This document shows positions 10,681 through 20,309 of a stretch of 64,000 bases of DNA, in pieces. Both the position numbers and the translations under genes were made by a program. Below the pieces are notes generated by a model, which ran no database searches, had not been told where the DNA came from, and was given only the letters and a program-made list of their open reading frames with translations. Location: the NCBI GenBank assembly GCA_021735655.1, contig JAIPGM010000006.1:1-64000 (forward strand), read 5' to 3'. The stretch is from Candidatus Omnitrophota bacterium (lineage in GTDB: Bacteria > Omnitrophota > Gorgyraeia > Duberdicusellales > 4484-171). Every line of letters starts with the position of its first letter. Position 1 is the stretch's first letter.

Positions 10681-11262
10681 TTAAATGATACTACTTTCAG
10701 TAACGACGATGTCGACTTTCTGATCTAAAGGAAGATAGGTAGGAAGGTCTTGGGAAATTTGAAAATCAAAGGCAATGCCAACTTTCTTGGTAGATGGGGT
10801 TAACCTTTGCAAAAAGCGGTCGTAAAAACCGGCTCCGCGGCCTAACCTGTTGCAATTGCAATCAAAGCTAAGACCAGGAACAATAACCATATCTATTTTT
10901 TCAATATCAAACTTTTGAGTCTTCTCTGTGTCTGGCTCCCTAACTCCATAAGGGCCAACAACAAACTGATCATTTAAATTTTCCACCTCATAAGCCTGCA
11001 ATTTTTTTGCCTTTGTATCCATTACCGGAAACAGAAATTTTTTACTTTTAATATCCTTCCTAACCATCTCTAAAATATCTACCTCACCCTTTAAAGGGTA
11101 ATAGACCATAATGTTTTTTGCTTGTTTGTATTCACCCAAACTTGATAATTTATCTTCAACATCTTTGCTCCTCCTTTTTACCTCTTCTTTCGTAAGAGAC
11201 AAAAGTTGTCCTAGTAATTTTTGCCGCAATTCTTGTTTTTCTCTGTTTATAACCATTTCCAT
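10681..11262 (-). CDS. 5-formyltetrahydrofolate cyclo-ligase
   Basis: MTHFS-family length and motifs (GxGxGFYDRFL-like GRGAGFYDRFL). Confidence 0.8.
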   Translation of the reverse strand: MEMVINREKQELRQKLLGQLLSLTKEEVKRRSKDVEDKLSSLGEYKQAKNIMVYYPLKGEVDILEMVRKDIKSKKFLFPVMDTKAKKLQAYEVENLNDQFVVGPYGVREPDTEKTQKFDIEKIDMVIVPGLSFDCNCNRLGRGAGFYDRFLQRLTPSTKKVGIAFDFQISQDLPTYLPLDQKVDIVVTESSII

Positions 11263-11394
11263 ATTTTACCGTATAAGCTTAACTGACAGGGTAAAATTAT
11301 ACCACTGGCCCAATCAAAAATCTATGAAAATTTTACCCTTTTTTGACCTCAAACTGAAGCTAAAAAGTCCTTTAAATATATGCAAAATTCGGAC

Positions 11395-12207
11395 TTACTG
11401 TCTTTTGCAGATAAACCCACCAGCTGAATCAAAATATTTAAGAACTTTGAACCCTGCCTTTTTAAGTCTTTTTTTGACTGATGCCGGAAAATCAAAACCT
11501 TGCCTTACCTTGTAACGCGGTGTGTAATGGAATAATCTTCCTCCCTGGCGCAGAGTTCGAAAAAGCTCCGAGTAGAAATGTCCCGAATAGAGCTCACCGG
11601 CTAATTTAAAAGTAGGTGGATCATGAATAATGCAATCAAAATAGGCACTTGGCTCCTTACCAATCTCTAAACTTACGTCACCTCTGCGAATTGTGATCTT
11701 CGGAGACGAAAAAAGCTCTTGAGACACCGGATTAAGCTGAGCTAGCTCAAATACCGAATCATCTTTCTCAAAAGTAATTATTTTATGAGCCCGCTTAGAA
11801 GCCAGAATAGCTGTATAACCTAAGCCCATACAAGTATCAAGGACAATTCCCGAGGGCCTAAGGGCCTCAATCTTAGCCTCAGTATCTTTTTTAGCTGAAA
11901 GTAACCGATGCATCGGAACTGAGCCAATAGTAACTGTTGGCCAATCACCAGTAGGTAACAACTTGTAGAACCTATTGGTTTCTTCAGAAAAAAAAGATAC
12001 TTTTGTAACCTCTTGAGCTTCTAGTAAATAGCAAAACTTTGCTTTAAGTTTCTGGCTTAAGTCCAAAGTGATTCCACCCTCAATTACTGCCTGGTGAACC
12101 TCTCGCTTAACCTTAACTTCTCGCTGGCCAAAGTCAACTTTAAGCTGAAACTCATCACCTGGTTTAGCCTTTTTAATCGCCTCAAATTCAACAATAGTGA
12201 TAATCAT
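11395..12207 (-). CDS. Class I SAM-dependent methyltransferase with N-terminal TRAM/PUA-like extension (putative RNA methyltransferase)
   Basis: VLDTCMGLGYTAI SAM-binding motif I, IHDPPT (DPPY-like) motif IV. Confidence 0.6.
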   Translation of the reverse strand: MIITIVEFEAIKKAKPGDEFQLKVDFGQREVKVKREVHQAVIEGGITLDLSQKLKAKFCYLLEAQEVTKVSFFSEETNRFYKLLPTGDWPTVTIGSVPMHRLLSAKKDTEAKIEALRPSGIVLDTCMGLGYTAILASKRAHKIITFEKDDSVFELAQLNPVSQELFSSPKITIRRGDVSLEIGKEPSAYFDCIIHDPPTFKLAGELYSGHFYSELFRTLRQGGRLFHYTPRYKVRQGFDFPASVKKRLKKAGFKVLKYFDSAGGFICKRQ

Positions 12208-12266
12208 CTTAGTCGATTATAAGCATTAAAGCCCATTTTACAATAAAAAATTTATATTTAAATTTC

Positions 12267-12294
12267 TTGACAATAAGCCCTTGAGCTATAAAAT
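12267..12294 (+). promoter_or_regulatory. Sigma70-like promoter upstream of hup (TTGACA-16-TAAAAT)
   Basis: TTGACA at 12267-12272, TAAAAT at 12289-12294, followed by AAGGGGG RBS and ATG at 12346. Confidence 0.55.
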
Positions 12295-12345
12295 AGTAAA
12301 AGTAGTTGAAAATATTAACTTTTTTAAATCTAAGGGGGTGTTCAG

Positions 12346-12615
12346 ATGAACAAGGCACAGTTGGTTGATGTAATCGCCGGACAAACTGCTACCAAAAAGC
12401 AGGCTCAAGAAATCATAGAAGCAGTTTGGGATTCAATTAAAAGCAGCTTAAAGAAAAAAGAAGATGTAGCTATTTCTGGTTTTGGAACATTTAAAGTAAA
12501 ACAAACAAAAGCCAGAATGGGAAGAAACCCTAAAACTGGTGAAACAATCCAGATTCCTGCAAAGAAAAAAGTTGCTTTTCGCGCATCAAAAGATCTAAAG
12601 TCTCTTCTTGCATAA
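12346..12615 (+). CDS. hup: DNA-binding protein HU
   Basis: 89 aa, canonical HU/IHF signature (GFGTFKV...RNPKTGE...IPA). Confidence 0.93.
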   Translation: MNKAQLVDVIAGQTATKKQAQEIIEAVWDSIKSSLKKKEDVAISGFGTFKVKQTKARMGRNPKTGETIQIPAKKKVAFRASKDLKSLLA

Positions 12616-12631
12616 ATAGGTTTTGTATAAT

Positions 12632-12669
12632 AAAAAAGGGTATACTGATAAAGTATACCCTTTTTTTTA
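12632..12669. terminator. Bidirectional rho-independent terminator (A-run / GGGTATAC stem / T-run)
   Basis: aaaaaaGGGTATACtgataaaGTATACCCtttttttt between convergent hup (+) and rsmB-like (-). Confidence 0.75.
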
Positions 12670-12678
12670 TCTATAAAA

Positions 12679-13626
12679 CTATACTGAAATCTTATTTAAC
12701 TTAGCAATAAAAAAACCTTCCATTGTTTCGTTAGGAATAATTCTTCTAGTTAATCGCAAACTCTCGGAAAACCTTTTATCCTTCCAACGAAGCAACCCTT
12801 CCCTTGCATTAGTTAAAGGTATTTTAAACTGCACCAACTCTACTCTTTCCTTAAATTTATTTACAAACCAATCAATAACCCCTTCATTCTCTTCCGGTGA
12901 AAAAGTACAAGTAGAATAGACAAGGGTTCCTCCCTCTTTCAAAGCAAAAAAAGCCGAATGAAGAAGTTTCTTTTGTTTGTGAACCATCTCTTTAACTTTA
13001 TGTTGTTTCCAATATTGATAAGACTTAGGGTTAGAAACTAAGAACCGCCCCTCGCTTGAACAAGGTACATCAGCCAGGATTCGATCAAACTCTTCGGGAA
13101 ATTTTTTCCTTACCCAAACACTATCTAAAATAAGAGTCTTAACTGTTTCAACACCTTGAGACTTTAAATTAGCCAAAAGTTTATAATAACGGGTACGGAT
13201 CTTTTCAATTGCCAAAAGATCAGCTTCCGGGGCCAAAGAAACAATCTGAGTGGTCTTTACTCCCGGGGCAGCGCACAAATCAAGAATTTTCTCTCCATTC
13301 TGAGGATCAAGAACCAACACCGGAATCATACTCGATAAGTTCTGAACAAAAACTAACCCCTGCTTATAAATCTCGGTATTTTGAAAATTACGCAAAGGTG
13401 TCTTTAGAATGAATGCCCCTTGAGGGTAATCTAACTCTTTAAACTTTACTCTTTGATCAAATAAAGCTTTCCTTAAAGTAATTAAATCGGTTTTTAGATA
13501 ATTTATCCTAAACGCCGGTTCAGACTTATTAAGAAAGGTATCAGCAACCCTCTCGTAATCTTTAGGGTAGATCTTCTTTAGCTTATGTAGAAATTCTTGA
13601 GGTAGTTTGGAAATAATATCTTTCAT
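12679..13626 (-). CDS. RsmB/RsmF (NOL1/NOP2/Sun) family RNA m5C methyltransferase
   Basis: DLCAAPGVKTTQ SAM-binding motif, DVPCSSEG and TCT(F)S Cys motifs characteristic of Sun-family methyltransferases. Confidence 0.82.
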   Translation of the reverse strand: MKDIISKLPQEFLHKLKKIYPKDYERVADTFLNKSEPAFRINYLKTDLITLRKALFDQRVKFKELDYPQGAFILKTPLRNFQNTEIYKQGLVFVQNLSSMIPVLVLDPQNGEKILDLCAAPGVKTTQIVSLAPEADLLAIEKIRTRYYKLLANLKSQGVETVKTLILDSVWVRKKFPEEFDRILADVPCSSEGRFLVSNPKSYQYWKQHKVKEMVHKQKKLLHSAFFALKEGGTLVYSTCTFSPEENEGVIDWFVNKFKERVELVQFKIPLTNAREGLLRWKDKRFSESLRLTRRIIPNETMEGFFIAKLNKISV

Positions 13627-14303
13627 TATTGCTTTATCCCTTTTTGTTTTATAAAAAACGGAACTAATGAAACTATAATTATATAAAGCATCATAGCCAC
13701 AGCAATTGCCATATTTTGTTCAAAGTAAATTAGCATCTTCTCTACTGAAAATCCACGCATTGCTGCTAAAGGAAACTGAAGCCAGAATATCCGCGGCCCA
13801 GAAGCAACGATAATAGCCAACAAAAACTTACGCCAAGAAATTCTGCTTAGACCTAAGCCAACATCGAAAACCCGATAAGGAATCAAAGGGTTAGCTCTCA
13901 AAAACATTACCTTTGCCAAACGTGCACCTTCTAGGCTTTCATAAAACCGTTTAAAGCCTCCACCGACTTTACGTTCAACAAAATCTCGGCCAAGCAGACG
14001 ACTTAGTTTAAAAAAGACTATTCCATTAATTAGTTCAGCAATATATATTAAGCCGGTACTAATATAAGCTCCAAAAAGAATCGCACCGACTACCTTAAGC
14101 GGCTCCTTGAGAGTCCATAAAGCAAAAGTGCCTAAGGTGTAAAGTAAAACAAATATTAAAGCAGCATAACCTATTGGGAATTTATCAAATAACGAGTTAA
14201 TTTTAGCTTCATCAATTGAAAATGTTACTCCAATAATAATGATAACTAAAAGAACAGCCACAAAAACCAAGAAACGCTTAAATGATTTTGGTTTTCTCTC
14301 CAT
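13626..14303 (-). CDS. TVP38/TMEM64 (DedA-like) family membrane protein
   Basis: Multi-TM 225-aa protein with SNARE-associated/TVP38-like hydrophobic pattern. Confidence 0.55.
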   Translation of the reverse strand: MERKPKSFKRFLVFVAVLLVIIIIGVTFSIDEAKINSLFDKFPIGYAALIFVLLYTLGTFALWTLKEPLKVVGAILFGAYISTGLIYIAELINGIVFFKLSRLLGRDFVERKVGGGFKRFYESLEGARLAKVMFLRANPLIPYRVFDVGLGLSRISWRKFLLAIIVASGPRIFWLQFPLAAMRGFSVEKMLIYFEQNMAIAVAMMLYIIIVSLVPFFIKQKGIKQ

Positions 14304-14310
14304 GATTATC

Positions 14311-15336
14311 CTACTTATTCAAGCCTGAAGCCCGCAATTGGCCACAGGCAGCATTGATATCTGAGCCGCGTGACTCTCTTAAAGTAAAGAATACTCCAGC
14401 CCTTTTAAGCTCTTTTCTAAAACTATCTAATTCGGCTTGATCCGGAGATTTATACCCCGCATCTAAGCAGTTAAGTGAAATAAGGTTTACCTTATAACGC
14501 ATGCCTCTTAAAATTCTAGCTAAAGCTTGGGCATCTTGTTTGCTTGTATTATACCCCCTGAGCAAGGCATATTCAAAAGTAATTAAGTGCTTTTCCTTGC
14601 GACTAAAACTTCTAGCCGCCTTGATTAACTCTTCTAAAGGATATCTTCTATTAATCGGCATCAGTTTAGTGCGTTTCTTGCTGTCTACACTATGCAAAGA
14701 TATCGAAAGCTTAACTCCCAGTTTTAAATCAATCAGCTTTTCTATTTCCGGAATAAGACCGCAAGTTGAAATAGAAATTCTTCTTTTTGAGAAATTAATT
14801 CCTTTGGTTTCCGTAAGCACTTGGATTGACTTAATCAAATTTACAAAGTTATCCAAAGGCTCTCCGATTCCCATAAAAACAATATTAGTTATGCTTTCGG
14901 GAGCTATGAGTTTGCCTGCTTCTAAATATTGGTTTATAATTTCCGACACTTTTAAATTGCGCTTAAACCCACTTTGCCCACTCAAACAAAAAGAACAATT
15001 AAACTTACAACCTACCTGAGTAGATAAACATAAAGTGTTTCTGTCTTTTTTGGGAATTACTACCGTTTCGATGGAGCTCTCGTCTTCCAAGGTAAATAAG
15101 AATTTCTTAGTGCCATCGACCGAGACCTCTTGTTTCGATAACTTAACTTTTGAAAAGCAAAAATTTTCCTTTAAAAATCCTCTTATCTCCTTAGAAAGAT
15201 TACTCATCGAATCAAAACTTTCAACATTCTTCCTATATATCCAATCAAAAACCTGCTGGGCAGAAAAATTAGAAAACCCCTGCTTTTGCAACAATTCTTT
15301 CAGGTCTTTTAAGGTGTAATTTTTTACGTCCTTCAT
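14311..15336 (-). CDS. rlmN: 23S rRNA/tRNA adenine-C2 methyltransferase RlmN (radical SAM)
   Basis: CLSTQVGCKFNCSFC radical-SAM Cx3Cx2C, C-terminal Cys (NAACGQL), typical length. Confidence 0.9.
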   Translation of the reverse strand: MKDVKNYTLKDLKELLQKQGFSNFSAQQVFDWIYRKNVESFDSMSNLSKEIRGFLKENFCFSKVKLSKQEVSVDGTKKFLFTLEDESSIETVVIPKKDRNTLCLSTQVGCKFNCSFCLSGQSGFKRNLKVSEIINQYLEAGKLIAPESITNIVFMGIGEPLDNFVNLIKSIQVLTETKGINFSKRRISISTCGLIPEIEKLIDLKLGVKLSISLHSVDSKKRTKLMPINRRYPLEELIKAARSFSRKEKHLITFEYALLRGYNTSKQDAQALARILRGMRYKVNLISLNCLDAGYKSPDQAELDSFRKELKRAGVFFTLRESRGSDINAACGQLRASGLNK

Positions 15337-15390
15337 AGCTTTCTTATTGTATTCTATAATCAGGATCTTTTCAAACGATACTTTCTGGTC

Positions 15391-15419
15391 TTGAATTTAT
15401 CTACATTTAAAAGTATAAT
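15391..15419 (+). promoter_or_regulatory. Near-consensus sigma70 promoter (TTGAAT-17-TATAAT) upstream of plus-strand islet
   Basis: TTGAAT 15391-15396, 17-nt spacer, TATAAT 15414-15419. Confidence 0.55.
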
Positions 15420-15470
15420 AATACTATACATTTGCAATTACCAAAAATGTAAAATAAAAAAGTTAAAATC

Positions 15471-16139
15471 GTGTATCAAATTTTAAAAATAATACTTCGC
15501 CTGGCTAAAAATCCTCAAATCATCTTAGACAACAGGGGCTACATATTCATTTTAAGCCATATGCGTAGTCGCTCAACTTTACTCGCACACATCTTAGGAA
15601 GCAATCCTGAGATTGGCGGTTATTTTGAACTTCACAAATCATACCTAAACTGGCTAGATCTTATCATTTTACGCCTCAGGGTCCAGCTTGATAATAAAAA
15701 CATCAAATTCGCTTTAGATAAAATACTTTGGAACCGATTGCAAATCTCTGAAAAAATATGCCTAAAAGAAAACTTAAAAATAATTTTTTTACTAAGAAAA
15801 CCCGAAGATACAATAAAAAGTATAATTAATATGGGTAATTGTCTAGGAAATCAAGGCTATAAAAATTACCAATGGATAACAAATTATTATTGCTCTCGTT
15901 TAGAGAACCTTATCTATTATTCATCTAAAATAAGGCCTCAAAATGGTTTATTCATCGAGTCCGATAAAATCATTCAGGATACGGACCATGTCCTTAGCTA
16001 TTTATCTACTTGGCTGGGCCTATCAAAAAGGTTAAACTCACATTACTTGCTATTTAAGAAAACTGGAGTTCGGGGAATGGGGGACCCCTTAAACAATATA
16101 ACTAAGGGTAAGATAATTAAAAAAAATATCAGAATATAA
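15471..16139 (+). CDS. Sulfotransferase-family protein (PAPS-dependent, putative)
   Basis: N-terminal 5'-PSB-like loop ILSHMRSRSTLLAHIL resembling xxRSGTTLL of Sulfotransfer families; GTG start. Confidence 0.5.
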   Translation: MYQILKIILRLAKNPQIILDNRGYIFILSHMRSRSTLLAHILGSNPEIGGYFELHKSYLNWLDLIILRLRVQLDNKNIKFALDKILWNRLQISEKICLKENLKIIFLLRKPEDTIKSIINMGNCLGNQGYKNYQWITNYYCSRLENLIYYSSKIRPQNGLFIESDKIIQDTDHVLSYLSTWLGLSKRLNSHYLLFKKTGVRGMGDPLNNITKGKIIKKNIRI

Positions 16140-16244
16140 AGACATCTCTATTCCTCCGGCTTTACTAAATAAAGCTAAAATGGCCTATGACCAGTGTCAA
16201 AAGAATTTATTAAAGAATATTGAAAGCCTGTAATAGCTTTTATA

Positions 16245-17330
16245 TTGTGTAAAAAAATGAAAAAGCCGCTAAATTGTAAAATTTTTGCTTACGGCAGTTC
16301 ACCCTTCCTAAGCCAGTTATATACTGGTTTTTCAATTCTGGCTAAGAATCGAGAAATCAATCTGGTTCAGAAATTAAATAACTATCGTTATCAAAACAAA
16401 AAGCCAATAAGTATCGTGAAACCAAACAAATTTAAAGGCCTATTTGTAATGATAAATGAAGAAAAATTAATATTTTATGATACCAAAGACGATCCCAGAT
16501 TAGATAGCCAAGCCTTAAATATAGTTGACGCCTACTTTAAAAGAAGCTATTTAGCATCAGCTATCCCCGAAAATTATAAATCTAAAGTATTTCCTTTAGG
16601 GTTACATTATAAATTGTATACCGGTAAACCGGATCGTTACGATTTGATAAGATTACTCAAACAATTTAAATCTGTTGGTTATGTAGCTAGACATTTTGGC
16701 AGACATTGCGGCCTGTCCTATAAGCCTACTCCATCAAAAATGAGCTCAGCGCCAAATAAGAATCAGGAACCGCGGGTAATCTTTAGTACCCACGCCTGGA
16801 ACCCAGATAAAAACCCGCCCGGGTTATCAGCTAAAAGCAAAGAAGAGCGTATACAGATCAATGAAACAAGAGCTCAAGTAATCCGCTTACTAAGAAAAAA
16901 TCTTGGCAAGCGTTTTTATGGCGGTTTTCGGCCTGATCGATATGCCGTTAGCAACTTCAAAGATATACTGCTAAAAAATGATCATTCCTGGCTTCAAAAA
17001 AACTATATTCCCTTGCTTCGGCAATATCCAATATGCATAGCTACTACTGGTTTATCCGGCTCAATCGGCTGGAAATTAGGCGAATATGTAGCCTTGTCCA
17101 AAGCTATTGTTTCTGAAAAATTAAACTATTTAGTTCCTGGTGGTTTTTCTAAAAATATTAATTACTTAGAGTTTGATAAACCTGAGTCATGCCTTCAAGA
17201 AACTATAAAATTAATTGAAAATAGAGATCTTAGGCTGAAAATAATGAACAATAATTGGAAATATTACAAAAAGTATTTAGCTCCCGATGTGCTGATCATG
17301 AGAACTCTCCGCATCGCTATGGAAATATAG
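16245..17330 (+). CDS. Hypothetical protein (361 aa), no recognisable motif; co-transcribed with sulfotransferase
   Basis: ORF only; alternative ATG start at 16257. Confidence 0.4.
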   Translation: MCKKMKKPLNCKIFAYGSSPFLSQLYTGFSILAKNREINLVQKLNNYRYQNKKPISIVKPNKFKGLFVMINEEKLIFYDTKDDPRLDSQALNIVDAYFKRSYLASAIPENYKSKVFPLGLHYKLYTGKPDRYDLIRLLKQFKSVGYVARHFGRHCGLSYKPTPSKMSSAPNKNQEPRVIFSTHAWNPDKNPPGLSAKSKEERIQINETRAQVIRLLRKNLGKRFYGGFRPDRYAVSNFKDILLKNDHSWLQKNYIPLLRQYPICIATTGLSGSIGWKLGEYVALSKAIVSEKLNYLVPGGFSKNINYLEFDKPESCLQETIKLIENRDLRLKIMNNNWKYYKKYLAPDVLIMRTLRIAMEI

Positions 17331-17412
17331 TTTACATAAAAAGACGCTATGATTAATCACTACGTTAAATTAAAATTTTAGATATAGGAAAATAATAAAA
17401 TTGGAGTAAAAA

Positions 17413-17784
17413 ATGAAATTTTGCACATCAATTCATTGTATGGATGGAAGAATACAAGAACCAATAATAAAATATTTAAAAGAAAAATATAATGTAGCTT
17501 ATATTGACACCGTGACTGAACTAGGCCCCTGCAAAATACTTTCTGAGAATAAAGATAACGCGTCAATTAATTCAATCGCAGAAAGAATTAAAATATCGAC
17601 GCACAAACACGATTCAAAACTTATTGCTATCTCTGGACATCACGATTGTGCAAAAAATCCCCAAAATGGAAAAACACAAAGAAAACAAATAAAAGAATCT
17701 GTCCAATACCTTAAAAACAAGTATCCTGAAATAGAAATAATTGGGTTATGGGTTGATAATGAGTGGAAAGTGAATCCTGCCTAA
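17413..17784 (+). CDS. Small hypothetical protein with C-x-D-x-R ... H-x-x-C motif (beta-carbonic-anhydrase-like metal site?)
   Basis: HCMDGR near N-terminus and SGHHDCA at residue ~77-80; 123 aa; good RBS GGAG. Confidence 0.35.
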   Translation: MKFCTSIHCMDGRIQEPIIKYLKEKYNVAYIDTVTELGPCKILSENKDNASINSIAERIKISTHKHDSKLIAISGHHDCAKNPQNGKTQRKQIKESVQYLKNKYPEIEIIGLWVDNEWKVNPA

Positions 17785-17814
17785 CACAAGCAGAAGATAA
17801 AGACAACGAAAACT

Positions 17815-19311
17815 CTAAGAACCGTACCAATAATTAACCAAAGGCTTTGCGTCTTTGGCTTTATCAATCAGAATATTTTTAAGCTGAGTATACTCTAAAA
17901 ATCCTTCTCTCCCCAGTTCTTTACCGAAACCACTTTGTTTAAATCCTCCATAAGGAAGCTGATTAAAAAACATACCATAAGTATTAACCCATACTGTCCC
18001 GGCGTTAAGTTCTTCGGCTAGACTCTTAGCTTTTGATTCATCTTTTGTCCAAATACAAGCTGCCAAAGCAAATTCTGAATTATTAGCTAACTCAACAGCC
18101 TCCCTTAGCGAAGAAAACTTAACTACGCAAACCACCGGCCCGAAAACTTCCTTCTGAAAAATAGACATCTCAGGGCTCACTTCAGCAATCACTGTCGGCT
18201 CAAAGAAAAATCCCTTTTCTAAACTAGAATTATCAGGAATCTTTCCACCACATAACACCTTAGCCCCTTGTTTCTTAGCCTCTTCAATAAAACTAATTAC
18301 CCCTTTTCTTTGACTCTCTGAAATCAATGGCCCAATTTGAGTCTCAAAATCTAAACCATCGCCTAATTTAATAGCTTTAGCTTTAATTATAAAATCATCA
18401 ACAAATTTATCATAAACTTTATCTTCAATTAAAATTCTCGACATTGCTGTGCACATCTGGCCCTGATTTAAAAATATCGAACACAATGAACCATTGACTG
18501 CTGCCTCTAAGTCACAATCAGCTAAAACTAAACTAGCTGATTTACCGCCCAGCTCCATGACTAGCTTTTTTACACTGCTTGAGGTATACTCAATAATTTT
18601 TTTACCAACTAAATTTGAACCAGTAAAAGATATCATATCAACTCGCTTATCAGAACAAAGCGCCTTGCCAACGGTCTCTCCCTTTCCGGCTAAAATATTA
18701 ACCACTCCCTTGGGTAATCCCGCCTCTTGAACTATCTTACCTAACTCTAAAGCAGTTAAAGGCGTAAGGCTCGATGGTTTTAGAATAACTGTATTACCGG
18801 CAGCTAGACTTTGAGCTAACTTCCAAGAAGCGATTATTAACGGGTAGTTCCAGGGAACAATCAACACCACCACGCCTCGCGGTTGACGAATCAGCTCGCT
18901 CTTTGCTTGGGCAATTTGAGATTGGATATCTACCGTCTCAGCTTCTAGAAACTTCTCTAAATTATTGGCAAAATAATCAAAAGTTTGAGCACTGGAAGGT
19001 ATATCCATAAAAGTTGACTCTTTGATTGGTTTCCCATTATTTTGTGTTTCTAGCTGAGCTAACTCAGCTGCTCTGTTGAGAATACCTTGTGCTATCTTTA
19101 AAATAAAACTTTTACGCTCAAGTAGTGAAAGCTTAGCCCAAGGACCTTGATCGAAGGCAATCCGAGCCGAGCTTATTGCTAGCTCAACATCAGAAGCATC
19201 AGCCAGGCTAACTGTAGCTATTGGTTCTCGATTAGCTGGATTGACTATAGTTTCTTTTGTGGCTGACTCTTTAAACTCACCATTAATAAATAAAGGATAA
19301 TTTGGTATCAT
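17815..19311 (-). CDS. NAD(P)-dependent aldehyde dehydrogenase
   Basis: ELGGKSA glutamate motif and catalytic Cys (GQMCTAMSR), 498 aa. Confidence 0.88.
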   Translation of the reverse strand: MIPNYPLFINGEFKESATKETIVNPANREPIATVSLADASDVELAISSARIAFDQGPWAKLSLLERKSFILKIAQGILNRAAELAQLETQNNGKPIKESTFMDIPSSAQTFDYFANNLEKFLEAETVDIQSQIAQAKSELIRQPRGVVVLIVPWNYPLIIASWKLAQSLAAGNTVILKPSSLTPLTALELGKIVQEAGLPKGVVNILAGKGETVGKALCSDKRVDMISFTGSNLVGKKIIEYTSSSVKKLVMELGGKSASLVLADCDLEAAVNGSLCSIFLNQGQMCTAMSRILIEDKVYDKFVDDFIIKAKAIKLGDGLDFETQIGPLISESQRKGVISFIEEAKKQGAKVLCGGKIPDNSSLEKGFFFEPTVIAEVSPEMSIFQKEVFGPVVCVVKFSSLREAVELANNSEFALAACIWTKDESKAKSLAEELNAGTVWVNTYGMFFNQLPYGGFKQSGFGKELGREGFLEYTQLKNILIDKAKDAKPLVNYWYGS

Positions 19312-20309
19312 CTAAACTTAACCTCTTTAAATAATTGAAATAAACGGGTAAACGGCACATACCATTTACTCAACTGGCCAAGTTGCCCTTCTAGCTTCAT
19401 CTTTCCTTGAGTAACTGCTACGAATGAATCTAATTTTCCCAAAAATACCTGTTGCCAAACATCAGACTCAGCCGAAATCACAAAAGGAGCATCACAGCTT
19501 GCATCTAAACTAGTAACTTTACCCTCTTTGAAGGTAAATCTATAAGCACTATCATCTTGGTTAAGCTTAATAGCTAACTGCACGGTTAAACCTAACTCCT
19601 TTCCTTTTTGAGCGATAAATTCATCCTTATTCACCAAATCGACTATCGCCTGAATATGCTCTTTAGAAAACATTGGGTAACTTATTTCATTTTTAGTAAG
19701 TGTATCTTTCAAAGACTTATCTAAATCATCTAGAATGTCCTTCTTAAATAATCTAGCTACAGCCGTAGTTCTTACCGCCTCCTCTAAAGCCTCAACTAAA
19801 CTTAAAGCATCAGAAAAATTATCACCGATTGCCACTGCTCCGTGATTTTTCAAAACTACTAAATTGTTAGTCTTTAGAGCTTCAATTACCTTTTCCGGCT
19901 TGGTGACAGTCGGAGTGTCTTGTTCGATAACCGGAACTTCCCCTAAATAAAACTTGGTTTCAAAAGTTAAAGCTTTTAGTTTTGAGCTGACTGCAAAATA
20001 ACCATTGATTAAGGGTGGATGACAATGAATAACTACCTTTTGATCAGAATTTTTATAAACCAAACTGTGCAAAGAAAGCTCTGAAGTCGGGGTTCTGTCG
20101 CTTTCAGTCCTTTGACTGGCTAAATTAACCTTAACAATATCATCATCGCCTAATTCACCGAGTGAAGTCTGAGTTGCTGTAATTAAAATATTTTCTTTAT
20201 CTAGACGACAACTTATATTCCCCGATTTAGCAACGGCTAAATCTTTTTCATAAAGTTTTTTGCCAACTTTAATAATCTCAGCTTTTAAAACTTTCTCCTG
20301 ATCGTTCAT
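19308..20309 (-). CDS. Class II aldolase/adducin-family protein (MtnB/FucA-like) fused to C-terminal SCP2-like domain
   Basis: SGNISCRLD and VIHCHPPLING aldolase_II motifs in first ~210 aa; extra ~120-aa C-terminal domain with SCP2-like pattern. Confidence 0.65.
   Translation of the reverse strand: MNDQEKVLKAEIIKVGKKLYEKDLAVAKSGNISCRLDKENILITATQTSLGELGDDDIVKVNLASQRTESDRTPTSELSLHSLVYKNSDQKVVIHCHPPLINGYFAVSSKLKALTFETKFYLGEVPVIEQDTPTVTKPEKVIEALKTNNLVVLKNHGAVAIGDNFSDALSLVEALEEAVRTTAVARLFKKDILDDLDKSLKDTLTKNEISYPMFSKEHIQAIVDLVNKDEFIAQKGKELGLTVQLAIKLNQDDSAYRFTFKEGKVTSLDASCDAPFVISAESDVWQQVFLGKLDSFVAVTQGKMKLEGQLGQLSKWYVPFTRLFQLFKEVKFR

Noticed and set aside
11289-11344. Hairpin GGGTAAAATT…AATTTTACCC followed by a T-run between two minus-strand genes
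   Set aside because: The loop is ~30 nt and the T-run is on the plus strand, where no real gene ends. It cannot act as a terminator for the flanking minus-strand genes, so its function is undetermined.
16140-16244. Possible 17-codon micro-ORF (MAYDQCQKNLLKNIESL) between the sulfotransferase and the 361-aa ORF, or a +1 frameshifted extension of the sulfotransferase
   Set aside because: It is in a different frame from the upstream gene, and there is no slippery sequence or RBS. It is too short to support without comparative data.
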